Shown here piece after piece: positions 48,202-59,484 of a stretch of DNA of 64,000 nucleotides. The translations under genes and the position numbers were made by a program. The DNA is taken from the NCBI RefSeq assembly GCF_009914755.1, contig NC_060928.1. The stretch is one strand, 5' to 3'. This DNA is from the human T2T-CHM13v2.0 reference genome, Homo sapiens. Numbering within the stretch: position 1 is the stretch's first letter; each line of letters begins with the position of its first letter. The notes beneath the pieces were generated by a model, which worked only from the letters and a program-made list of their open reading frames with translations, did not search any database and was not told the DNA's origin.

Positions 48202-48509
48202 GGCTGGGGGTGGTGGCTCACGCCTGTAACCCAGCACTTTGGGAGGCCGAGGTGGGTGGATCACGAGGTCAGGAGATCGAGACCATCCTGGCTAACATGG
48301 TGAAACTTCGTCTCTACTCAAAATACAAAAAAATTAGCCGGGCGTTGTGGCGGGCGTCTGTAGTCCCAGATAATCAGGAGGCTGAGGCAGGAGAATGGCG
48401 TGAACCCGGGAGGCGGAAGTTGCAGTGAGCCGAGATCGCGCCACTGCACTCCAGGCTGGGCGACAGCACGAGACTCCATCTCAAAAGTAAGAAAAAAAAA
48501 AAAAAAGAA
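48202..48509 (+). mobile_element. AluY with perfect 18-bp TSD aaagaatagacaatgatg
   Basis: gagatcgagaccatcctggctaac, gaatggcgtgaacccggg; CpG-rich; TSD at 48184-48201 and 48510-48527. Confidence 0.97.
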
Positions 48510-48967
48510 AAAGAATAGACAATGATGGTATAGTGAAATTATTTATTATTTCACCTTCAAGGTAAGATCATTAGAGAAAGGCAATTTGCTATATGTAGGA
48601 ATTGTGTTTCATTAACAACCTGGAGCAGTGAGGGCTGAAATCACATTCTTAAATACATTAACAAAATTTTTATTGCTTCTCCCAGAGACAGAGTGTTGTG
48701 TTTAGTTGTTAGTAGTATTCAGCTTAAGGGCAAATTGCAATGAAAATTTTGTTGAGGTGAACTGAGATCTCAGCTATTTACCATGGCCAAAACGAAATTG
48801 ATTACACACCTTGAAAATTGCCTATACTAAAATAAGTGTTGTTTAGCATAAAACAAATGAGAGAAAATAATATATGTTAGAACATAAAATCAAACTTTTG
48901 ATGAGTTAAAAATTACATAACATTTAAATGTGTCTTTAACAATGTTCCTTATTAAGAAAACATTCAA

Positions 48968-49270
48968 GGCCAATGCTTTACCTCTATAATCCCAGCACTT
49001 TGGGAGGCCAAGGCAGGAGGTTCACTTGAGGCCAGGAGTCTGAGGCCACGTGGGAAAAACTGCGAGGCCTCATCTCTACAAAAGATGTTTAAAGTTAACA
49101 GGATGAAGTGGCACATGCCTGTAGTCCCAGTTACTCAGAAGATTCAGACAAGAAGATGGCTTGAGACCAAGAGGTGGAGGCTGCCGTGAGCCACGATCGC
49201 GCCACAATACTCCATTCTGGGAAACAGCATGAGACTCAGACTCTAAAAAAAAAGAAAGAGAGAGAAAAAA
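48968..49270 (+). mobile_element. AluJo-like
   Basis: Diverged dimer, cacttgaggccaggagt, gaggctgccgtgagcc. Confidence 0.9.
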
Positions 49271-49892
49271 AGAAAAAATTCAGTGTGAGACCAAGATAAA
49301 TTCAATAATTTAAAAAACGTCCTAAATCTACCAGAATTCAAGAAGAAATTATCCTTACTAATTTGAGAAATGTAGATTGTGGAATTTCTCATTTATTATA
49401 TTGGAAACATTTTATATCTGAGCAAAAAGTAGCATCTTTAAAAACTGCTATTCAACAAACACATTCATTTAGAAATAAAGTCAAAGATTCATAGAAAGTT
49501 AAGACTGATACTACTTGCTTATTAAAGGATTGTTTTCACATATTCAATTTATATCTGTAATGACAAAATCATAAAAAGTTAAAGAACTACTTTTACTAGT
49601 TTACATCTAGAAGTGGAATAAAATAATAATAGCAATGATCATTAAAATAATGATAATGATTATAATGATGATGATGATATGATGACAAAAACATGTGACA
49701 GAATGATAGTATTTAATATTTGCTTGAAATGGAAAATTGCCCTTTAGCTTTTACTATTGGAAAAAAAAGATATACACTGAAATAGCTTTATGAGCATCAT
49801 AATACCACTTATAATAGGAAGCATAAAAATTAGTACATACAATTTGCAGACTTAACATGTCTTGGTTCAAGTGAATCTCTTACTGGGGGTCC

Positions 49893-50574
49893 TGGTTACT
49901 CCAAAAAGGGAGCTCTTTTCCATCCAGTGTCACAAAGCCAATATGCAAAACACAAAGTGAGTGTCAAGCAGTGCAAATATTATTCAATGGTCATAGAATG
50001 GGAGAAGTGGGAGTGTAGCTCACAAATCAACTTCTCAGCTCTTGAGAAGAGGGAATTTACAAATATAGGGTATATTTATAATGATGGGGCTAGGCATTAA
50101 GAGGCAGGGGAGAAATATTCATGTTTTACTTGAAAAGAGAGAGATTTTCTTAGAATTAAGGAACCACCTCTTTTCTGTCCTTTTTGGGTCTCTTCTAGTC
50201 ATTGTCATGGTAATTGTCAACTGTCATTGTCATTTATCATGGAAAGTGAAATGAAGCTAGAGGTTCTTCAGAGGTCAAGATGCCATTGTGGATTCTGCCA
50301 ACTTCAGCTGATTTAGTCCTAGGAAGAAACTTAACAGTCTCAGACATGCTAATTATCAGAATGAAACAGAGTTAAAGCTGAGTAGAAATTTGGCTGTCCA
50401 TTAGACACTGCCTTGGGCAACATAGGCAGGGTAGGCATCCAGCTAAGTCACTTAGGCATTATATGGATCCAGTTAAATCATGTAGGCATTGTATTGAGCA
50501 ACCAAAGTGGGGTAGGGGTTCAGCTAAGCCATGTAAGCACTACCACGGGTAACAAGCCCACAAGCCCGGCCTCA
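49893..50574 (-). mobile_element. ERV1-class (MER4-group) solo LTR, family uncertain
   Basis: ggagaagtgggagtgtagctcacaaatcaacttctc, gtcatggtaattgtcaactgtcat; ends cctca. Confidence 0.6.
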
Positions 50575-50724
50575 GCATTCCCATCAATATCATAACACAA
50601 TGTAATTGCACACAGATATAAAGAGAAAGATATACATTAATACATACATTTGAATTAAAGATAACTGTTTAAAGACCTTTGCAAGTGCTTCATACTAGGA
50701 TAGGTCCTTGAAAATTTTTCTTTA

Positions 50725-51000
50725 GGCCGGGCGCAGTGGCTCACGCCTGTAATCCCAGCAGTTAGGGAGTCCAAGGCGGGCAGATCATGACGTCAGGAGT
50801 TTGAGACCAGCCTGACCAACATGGAGAAACCCCTCTCTACCAAAAAATGCAAAAGTTAGCCAGGTGTGGCATCAGGTGCCTGTAATCCCAGTTACTCAGG
50901 CTGAGGAGGGAGAATCATTTGAACCCAGGAGGTGGAGGGTTCAGTGAGCCAAGATCATGCCACTGCACTGCAGCCTGGGCAACAGAGTGAGACTCTGCCT

Positions 51001-51031
<31 letters not shown>
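50725..51031 (+). mobile_element. AluS with TSD gaaaat(t/a)tttcttta
   Basis: Full dimer; TSD at 50710-24 and 51032-46. Confidence 0.95.
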
Positions 51032-51625
51032 GAAAATATTTCTTTAAGCTTAAGCTTTCCATGTATCAATGTCTTCATTGGATCATCATGATACTTAATA
51101 TGTACAGAACTTGAAAAATAACACAAACTAATATGCTGAAAATGCCTGGAAGAATTGCTGATATACAAATTTTTTCCTTTCTTTCCTTCTTTTCTCTTGG
51201 TTTAATTTTTTTATCTTGTTCTCTTACTACACATAATGTTTTTTAAAAAAGCATGGTTAATATGGATATTTGTCTGGTATCATCCATATTGTTTTCTGAG
51301 ATTTATCATAGAATTGGTTTCTCTTCCTGTTATTTGGCATTCGTCCCTGTTATTTCAGTGTCTTATAAAAGTCTGTACAAAAATAACCTTTTAAAAATCC
51401 TTTCCTTAAAAAAAAAAATGAGTAAGCTAATTAGCCTGCTACATTGATTGTTTAAAAACGAAAATGTATACAATGTTATTATAAGGCAATCTCAAAAAGT
51501 ATCTTGCCTATGACTGAAGTTCTAGAACATGGTAATTCTGTCATCAGTATGCACAGTGACATGGCATGTGCAAATGGCAGATGTAATACAATCAGATTTT
51601 GTGAGGAAAATAAATACTTCTTATG

Positions 51626-51931
51626 GGCTGGGCACAGTGGCTCATGCCTGTAATCCCAGCACTTTGGGAAACAGGAGGATCACTGGAGACCAGCACAAGG
51701 CCAGCCTGCATGACATAGTGAGACCCACTCTCTACAGAAAAAAAAAAAAAAATTACCTTGGCATGGTGGTGCATGCCTATATTTTCAGCTACTTGGGAGG
51801 CTGAGGTGGGAGGATCACTTGAGCACTGGAGTTAGAGGTTGTAGAAAGCCATGATCACAACACACCACTTTATCCCAGGTGACAGACTGAGACCCAGTCT
51901 CAATAAATAAATAAATTAATTAATTAATTAA
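51626..51931 (+). mobile_element. AluJ followed by TAAA/TTAA/TA simple repeats
   Basis: Diverged dimer, gaggtgggaggatcacttgagc. Confidence 0.9.
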
Positions 51932-52159
51932 ATGTATATCTATATATGTATATATATACACACACAAATACATACATATTTTCTTATTATACATAACTTC
52001 ATAATTTCTTATGCCACAATGTGATTCATAAAATTCAATTAACAAATTATTTATTGAGTATCTACCATGTACAAATCACTGTTCTAGGTCCTGGGAATTC
52101 AAATCCACTTATTTGATTTGATATATCAATTCAATTTCTATAAGTGTAATAGAGACTCT

Positions 52160-52429
52160 GAGGAATGAAAATGAACAGTAAACATATTTTCTCTTCCTTA
52201 TGATTTCCTTAATAACATTTTCTTTTATCTACCTTACTTGATTATAAGAATACAATGTATTATGCATCTAGCATACAAAATATGTGTTAATTGTTTATGT
52301 TACTCAGTAAGGCTTCCGGTCAACAGTAGGCTATTTGTAGTAAAGGTTTTGGGGAGTCAAAAGTTATACATGGATTTTCAATTGCATGAGTCAGCATCCC
52401 TAACCCTCTCATTGTTCAAGGGTAAACTA
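52160..52429 (+). mobile_element. Tigger2/Tigger2a right end (TcMar DNA transposon)
   Basis: ttttctcttccttatgatt...aaggcttccggtcaacagtaggctatt...ttgttcaagggt. Confidence 0.85.
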
Positions 52430-53113
52430 TAAGAGGAGACTTTTCAACCACTATCTATCAACTCCTTCCCCACTCTGGCTTCTTGGCTATAAATCATCAC
52501 TTACCCTTGTTGTATTTGAAGTTGAGCCTGTGTGTGTGTGTGTATATATATATATAGTAAAGATTTTGTATGCTTTGTTTGTTGTTTTATATATTAAATA
52601 AAGTCTGACAATTTTTTTATTATTTTCTAATTGACTCATTGATCTGTCGTTACATTTTTCAATGTAAATGTAGAATGGGGCAGTTTTCTTTTTTTTTAAG
52701 CATCTTTCAAGTTTGTATCCTGTTTAGGCTAAAGCGTGACAAAAGCAGCTATTAAAGCTCACCTTAACCTTCTGAGTTCTCATTTTTCTCTTTGATTTTG
52801 GCCTTGTAACTAACTCTTTATTAAGTTATCAGAATTTTGATGTTTATATGAAGTTTTGTTTCTTGTGGTTTTTGTTTTAATATTTAAACTGACATTCTAT
52901 TTGTTTTTAACGGAATGATTGGTTTGAATAGATGAGCTTGCCCTAACGACACTTCAGAATCCATTATGTATATTGAATAACAAAATAACAACTTTTAATG
53001 ATATCAGCAGAAATGTCTTTATACTGAAGTTATGAATAATAGTGAAATAATTGGAGCAATGCAAACATGCATAAATAGTAACAATTTTCAACTTAGGTAT
53101 TTGATTGTATAAG

Positions 53114-53550
53114 TGTAAAAGAAAATATTATTCTAGCAGAAAGACTATTTAAGACTATTGCAACTGAGTATTGTATTAAAAGATAAGGCTTGACTCCAAA
53201 TACAACAAGGGTAAGTGATGATTTATAGCCAAGAAGCCAGAGTTGGGAAGGGGTTGGTAGATAGAAAATTAACAAGAAGAAACATCAAGGTATGAGAATT
53301 CTTGCCAAAACAACTTGAATAATTTTTGCTTTAGGCAGGTGAGTGTGATCAGATGTCAAGAGTGGGAAATAAGAAATTCAATTAGATTTTGAGAGTGATC
53401 AAGGGTAGAAGATTCTTTCTAAACTAACTTAGCAGGATTCTTGCTAAGACTGGGCTATGAGCCCAGCAGGGATGAGGGCCAAGGTTGAGACCTAGTCAAA
53501 AAGAAGACTCAAAAGAACCTGACTAAGCTTTAGACATGGATTCTTTTTCA
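53114..53550 (-). mobile_element. MER31-like solo LTR
   Basis: aagactattgcaa, ctccaaatacaac, gatttatagccaag, ggattcttgctaa, gggccaaggttgag. Confidence 0.8.
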
Positions 53551-53837
53551 TTAATATATTATGGAATTGTTAAACTTTCGTTTTCAAGTAATTTTATTAT
53601 GCATGGTATTTATTCTTTTATCATGAAATATAACTTGAGCACCTATCATGTTCTAGTTATACTTTTAGGAAAAGTGGAATCCAATGGCTGAAAAATGACA
53701 GATAGTTTTCTTGGTCTAGTAGAGAAAACATTCAATTAACAAAGAAGCAAAAAATTAATAATTTTAAATAATAATCAGCTTATGAAGAAAATGTATTCAT
53801 GAAAGAAAAAGTTTAGAAAGGGTGGTCTGGGAAGGAT

Positions 53838-54254
53838 TTTCTTTTTTTTTTTATATTATAATTTAAGTTTTAGGGTACATGTGCACAACGTGCAGGTTTG
53901 TTACATATGTATACATGTGCCATGTTGGTGTGCTGCACCCATTAACTGGTCATTTAACATTAGGTGTATCTCCTAGTGCTATCCCTCCCCCCTTCCCCCA
54001 CCCCACAACAGGCCCCAGTGTGTGATGTTCCCCTTCCTGTGTCCATGTGTTCTCATTGTTCAATTCCCACCTATGAGTGAGAACATGTGGTGTTTGGTTT
54101 TTTGTCCTTGTGATAGTTTGCTGAGAATGATGGTTTCCAGCTTCATCCATGCCCCTACAAAGGACATGAATTTATCCTTTTTTATGGCCGCATAGTATTC
54201 CATGGTGTATATGTGCCACATTTTCTTAATTCAGTCTATCATTGTTGGACATTT
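53838..54254 (-). mobile_element. Young L1PA (about PA3/4) 3' end inserted in an L2
   Basis: Poly-T, ttttagggtacatgtgcacaacgtgcagg; L2 motif ggaagg...acatttgag split around it. Confidence 0.95.
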
Positions 54255-54898
54255 CTAACAAGATAACATTTGAGTCAAAATTTAATGACTGAGAAGTCAG
54301 ACTTAAAGAATGGGGAGATAGCATCCTGAGTAGAGGTAGCCTGCAGAAACCCCCAAAGCAGGAACAAATCTGGATATACCCGCTAAATGAACTCCCAGCT
54401 TCTACTCTGCTTACTGCCAGTCTATTTTTTATGAACAGCCCAACTGATCTCCCCAAAACATAGATCACACCTTGTCACTTCTCTGCTCATGACTTTGCAA
54501 TGACTTCTGGCCTCACTCAGGCTCAAATGTATCATGTGTACTGTGTTCTACATGATCTGTTCATTTCTCCATTCTCTGCTTCTTCATGCCAGCCTTTTGG
54601 ATCCCAACTACTTCCATTCTCATCATTTTTCATTCAGCTGCAGCCATAATGGCCTGTTTGCTGCTATTTGAAAACACCACACATGCTCCGTTCAGGACCA
54701 TTACACTTACTTCCTCCTCCTTCCTCAAATGCTTTCATAAATGGCTCACTTAATTTTGGTCCCTGCTCAAATGTCACTTTAGCAAAGAGATTTTTACAAA
54801 TAATCCTTAATTTAAATAGCATCCTTCCAACTTATTCTCAAGTTGCTTGCCCTGTTCATTCTTCTCCATTGAACTTATAAACTCCCAGTATTATATCT

Positions 54899-55658
54899 AG
54901 TAGTCTCATCTTATCCACACATTTCCTTTCCATGGTTTCAGTTACCGTCGGTCAACTGGGGGTCCAAATGTAGGTAAGTACAGTATAATAAGATATTCTG
55001 AGAGAGAGAGAGGGAGAGAGACCACATTCACATTACTTTTATTATAGTATATTGCTATATTGCTATTAATGTTCTATTTTATTCTTAGTGTCTGTTTATC
55101 TCTTTGGTATAGATTGAATATTTGTCCCCACCCAAATCTCACGTTGAAATGTAATCCCCAATGTTGGAGGTGGGGCCAGGTGAGAGATGTCTGGGTCATG
55201 GGTTTGGATCCCTCATAGTTAGGTGCAGTCCTTGCCACAGCAAGTGAGTTTTGCAAGATCTGGTTGTTTAAAAGTGTATGGCACCTCCCCACCCACTCTG
55301 TCTCTTGCTCCTGCTCTGGCCATGTGACGTGCCTACTCTTCACTTTATCTTCCACCTTCTGCCATGAGTAACAGCTAACTGAGGCCTCCTCAGACACTGA
55401 GCAGATGCTGGCTCCATGCTTGTACAGCCTGCAGAAACATGAGCTAATTTTGTTTATAAATTACCAAGTCTCAGATGTTTCTTTACAGCAATGCAAGAAT
55501 GGCCTAACTCTTACTGTGCCTAACTTATAAATTGAACTTTATTATAGGTGTGTATGTATAGGAAAATACATAACATATGTAGGTTTCAGTATGGTCTGCA
55601 GTTTCCGACATCTACTGAGGAATTTGGAACAGATGCCCTTTGGATAGGGGGTCTACTG
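54899..55658 (+). mobile_element. MER44 (Tigger7-derived) split by MSTB LTR
   Basis: agtagtc...ttatcc...ggtttcagttacc left end; tggatagggggtctactg right end followed by TA. Confidence 0.85.
55105..55507 (+). mobile_element. MSTB solo LTR, TSD ctctt
   Basis: cccaaatctcacgttgaaatgtaatccccaatgttggaggtgggg...gcaatgcaagaatggcctaa. Confidence 0.9.
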
Positions 55659-58209
55659 TATACTTATTTGTTATTTATTTTCACTTACTTTGCTGCCTCC
55701 AAGAGTGTAAGCTCCAGGAAATCAGGGATTTCCTAGTTGTATTTAAAAATGGTATCCTCAGCACTCAAAAGAGCTTATAAAAGACAGTGGGTATTGAAAA
55801 TTTGTTTCTTGACTGAATTATCATTCTGAGCTATGTATTATTGTAATATTCATTGGACTGATGAGAAAATTATGATTCACAGAATTTATGTCTTAGCAAA
55901 AGCTGCTTAGCTGGTAAGACTTAAACCTGCTTATGTTATTTTAAAAATGATTTTTCATTTCTTGGTAAAACACATTTGAGAATTATGGATAACAGTGTAA
56001 CATTTATTTTTTAAATAAAAATTGTAATAATCACGTCTTTAAAATAAAAAAAAGAAGTCCTATAATGGATCAAGAATAAACATCTCTTAGTTAAATATAA
56101 TTGTAGAAAATGTTAGAAAATTTGAGAGACAAAATTTCCACTGTGCATATCATGTTTCTTAGGTAATGGTTGGCTTGCAAGATGATTCTCCAGGAAAATA
56201 TTTTATAATTCAAAGCCCATTCTCCTTGGTGGAAAAACTCAGACACAAGAATTCAGAATTATTGCAAATGCTGCAGTATCAAATGCTAGCAATTATAATA
56301 AAAGAGGTTTAATTTGTTTGTAATGGTTTTAAAAGATGAGCTATCATATATTGTATCTCCTTTATCTGACTTTCACTAAAAAGTCAGATAAAGGAAAAAG
56401 ATAAAAAGAAAAAAAGTTTGGTATTCATAGACTGTGTAATCCATATATACAAATCTGGAAATAGTTGGTCCAATTCAAACCAGTAACTGTCAGATAAAGG
56501 GTATAGATTTCATTCCTAATCCTCTGATCTAAGGATTTCCATATTTTGATCTTATAAAAGCTTTCATGTCTTTTGGAAGTTGCATATTTGCTAATGGTAG
56601 AGGTTAGGACTGAAAGCATTTAGAAATGAACCATCTTAATTGAAAGTAAGACAAATGTAGATGCATTATAAAATAATTATTTTTAAAGCTTTCAGATGAA
56701 TATGAGAAATTAGAGATAAAAAAGCAGGTAGAATGATTACTTGATGAATTGGCGTATTGTGTTTTGAAAGGAAGGCAAATACTAAGCAACAAGGACAATT
56801 GTGAGACTATATAATTAAGCCTTTTCATGAAAGAAAAAAAATTCCTCTTCTTACCCATAGTTTGAGGCTGTCTTTAGCATAAAAGATAAGGTTGCAATTA
56901 GAGGGAAGCACAGCACAAGTACCAAATTATGTTTATTAGAGGATAAAAGATTCACATGTAAGTATATTTTGTGTTGTTAAAATGAAAATTACATCAACTG
57001 GCTTTGATAGAACATAATAGAATGCTTTTGCTATGATGATATATTTTCTTTTTAAATGGCCTTAACTGAAGAAGCTGTAGAAGTGACTTATATTTAGCAA
57101 TTCCTTTAGCCACTGTCAGTCAGGATCTTAAGGAATTATGTGAACTTAAATACAAATGATATGACTTTTAGAAAATGTTATAGCAGAAGATATTTACATA
57201 AAATGTAAAATAGGATTTAAAGTCAGGAATATGTATGCCAGTGAAATGAACAATTAATTTTGTTACATAAATCATAAATCTTATAATGCACTTCTTATAT
57301 TTATTATAACAAATTATGAAGTAAGCTATTGTATTATATTGTCTGATTAAATTTTGGAGGTAAAGTACTTTCTTTTGCATTCCTCCTGCTTCTTTTGGAA
57401 GACAGCAAGAATAGTTCATTTTTAAAAGCGCATTAAATGTTTATGTCAACTGACCTATCATTTAGTGTAATAAAGAAAGAAATTTATCAGGCTTAACTTT
57501 GAAATATTTGTGTGTAAATTTTCCACAGCAAATATGCAGAGCCAGGCTGATTTCGGGCCCTCAACATACCTTTGTGCTACTTTCCCTAGTTGTGTATGCT
57601 TAGATAATTCAATTTAATGTTATTAATAAATTGAATTAAAAGAGAATCAGAAGGATACATATTTGTGCATATACACTCACATGGACACAAAAACATGCAC
57701 ATGTACTCAGGTGCGTGCACGCACACCCACATGGTGAAGAAGTAAAATAACATCCACTTTGTTCTGTGAATTCATAGGTACTTCTATTCAATTCTTTAAC
57801 TCAAGCCTTGCCAATATATGGCAGGGTATAGAAATATGTGAGGAATTTGAAGCAGGATCTACAATGATGGGACAATAAATTATTTTTTAAAAAATTACTA
57901 ATATGGAGGAATCAAGTGAGAGTTCGATTTCTAAAAAAAAGACAAGTGCTGTTCTCTTTAAGGCTTGGAAACATCTGAAATAATAGGAAAAGATGAATGC
58001 TCCTTACAATTGTCTGGAGAAGTAATCAATTTGTAGAAGAATGATAGCATGAAAAAAATCTGTGAATAGAACCTGGATGAGTTGGAGGAAAATTTGATAA
58101 AATTCTTGCATTCATTCTGTAGCAAAATATAGCAAGTGAAATAGAAAGGTGAAATTATCGTAAAACAGTATGGGAATATTTAGTGTAACCCAAATTTTGT
58201 TTTGTTTTT

Positions 58210-58699
58210 TGTAAAAATTTTGTCATGCTACTATAAAAAAATACCCAAAACTGAGAGGCTTAATATAACATAAATTTATTGTCTCTCAGTTCTACGAAGC
58301 TAAAGTCTGAAATCTAGGTGTTGGCAGGGCCATGCTCCTTCTGAAGCCTGTAGAGAAGATCCTCCTTTGCCTCTTCTGAGCTTCTGGTGGTGGCCATGGA
58401 TCCTTAGTGTTTCTCAGCTTATAGCAGCATAACTCCCATCTCTGCCTCCATCTGCACATGACATTCTCCCTGCAGCCCTTATCATCTTCCTCCTGTGTAT
58501 ATCTGTGTCTGTGTCCAAATTTTCGATTTTTAAAAGGAAACTGTCATTATTGGGTTTAGGGCCTACTCTAAAGACCTCATTTTAAATTGATTACACCTTT
58601 AAGAACAGTATTTTTATAAAAGGTCACATTCTAAGGTACTGAGGGTTAGGACTTCGATTCATCTTTGGGGTAGAGGGAGATATGACCTATCCCATAACA
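58210..58699 (-). mobile_element. MLT1C-like solo LTR
   Basis: aaatttattgtctctcagttct...ggtgttggcagggccatgctcc...aaggtcacattct...cccataaca. Confidence 0.88.
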
Positions 58700-58759
58700 A
58701 TGTTACTTCCAGTACATTGCATAAGAAACGCACACACTGGACCAGGTTCTAAGATGTGG

Positions 58760-58915
58760 GGAGGGAATATACATGAAGATAAAGAACTGAGCTTCAATAC
58801 AAACCTATCCTACCCCTAATTCAGACTGCATTGCATCCTCTGGCACATCACCTAGTCTTTCAATGTCTCTTCATCTGTAAATTGTAGTACTCCCTGAAAA
58901 GTTGGAAGGATTAAC
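58760..58915 (+). mobile_element. MIR relic
   Basis: gaactgagcttcaa...tcttcatctgtaaatt...gaaggattaa. Confidence 0.5.
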
Positions 58916-59484
58916 AGCAAGACCTTGGGAGTCCAGTCTTAAAAATATCCTGTCGATGAATATCACAAGAGTAGCCTTTGCTCAGTTTATGTAGCAAAGT
59001 CAGCTGGCCGACATATGAATGAAACCTAAGACAGGTTTTCTAATCAAGGGAACAAATTAGCCCCCTATCTTGCTCAGGAAAAAAGCCCTCCAGATGAACA
59101 TAAGCAAGATACTTTATCTACTCATCTTAAAATCTGGTTCTGGTATTTCAGCAATTGTGTAGAACTCTCTAAATTAAAACTAACTCATACAAATTAAAAC
59201 ATGTGTAAATCCTTCAGAAAGATGCTAAACAAGCTTATCCATTTTTTAAGATTCATAGAAGAACAACTGCTGTCAACTTTTCTAAAAAACTTAAAAGCAA
59301 AGATTGTTAGTGCATGAATTATTTTACATTATTTCTAATAAGATAATGTCACTGTCTCCTATAATTATTTCCATTATTTTGTATTAAAAAAACTCAACGT
59401 TACTTTTATTTTTCAATTCTGTATCTATAATACTAGATTAAAATTGAGATACTGAATTACGCTTAAAAGAGTAAAGAATTCCTT

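Larger units (their letters stand above)
54390..55820 (+). mobile_element. L2 (54390-54895 and 55660-55820) split by MER44/MSTB
   Basis: tgtcacttctctgctca, ctgctcaaatgtcact; 3' part gagtgtaagctccagga...gtatcctcagcac. Confidence 0.65.
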
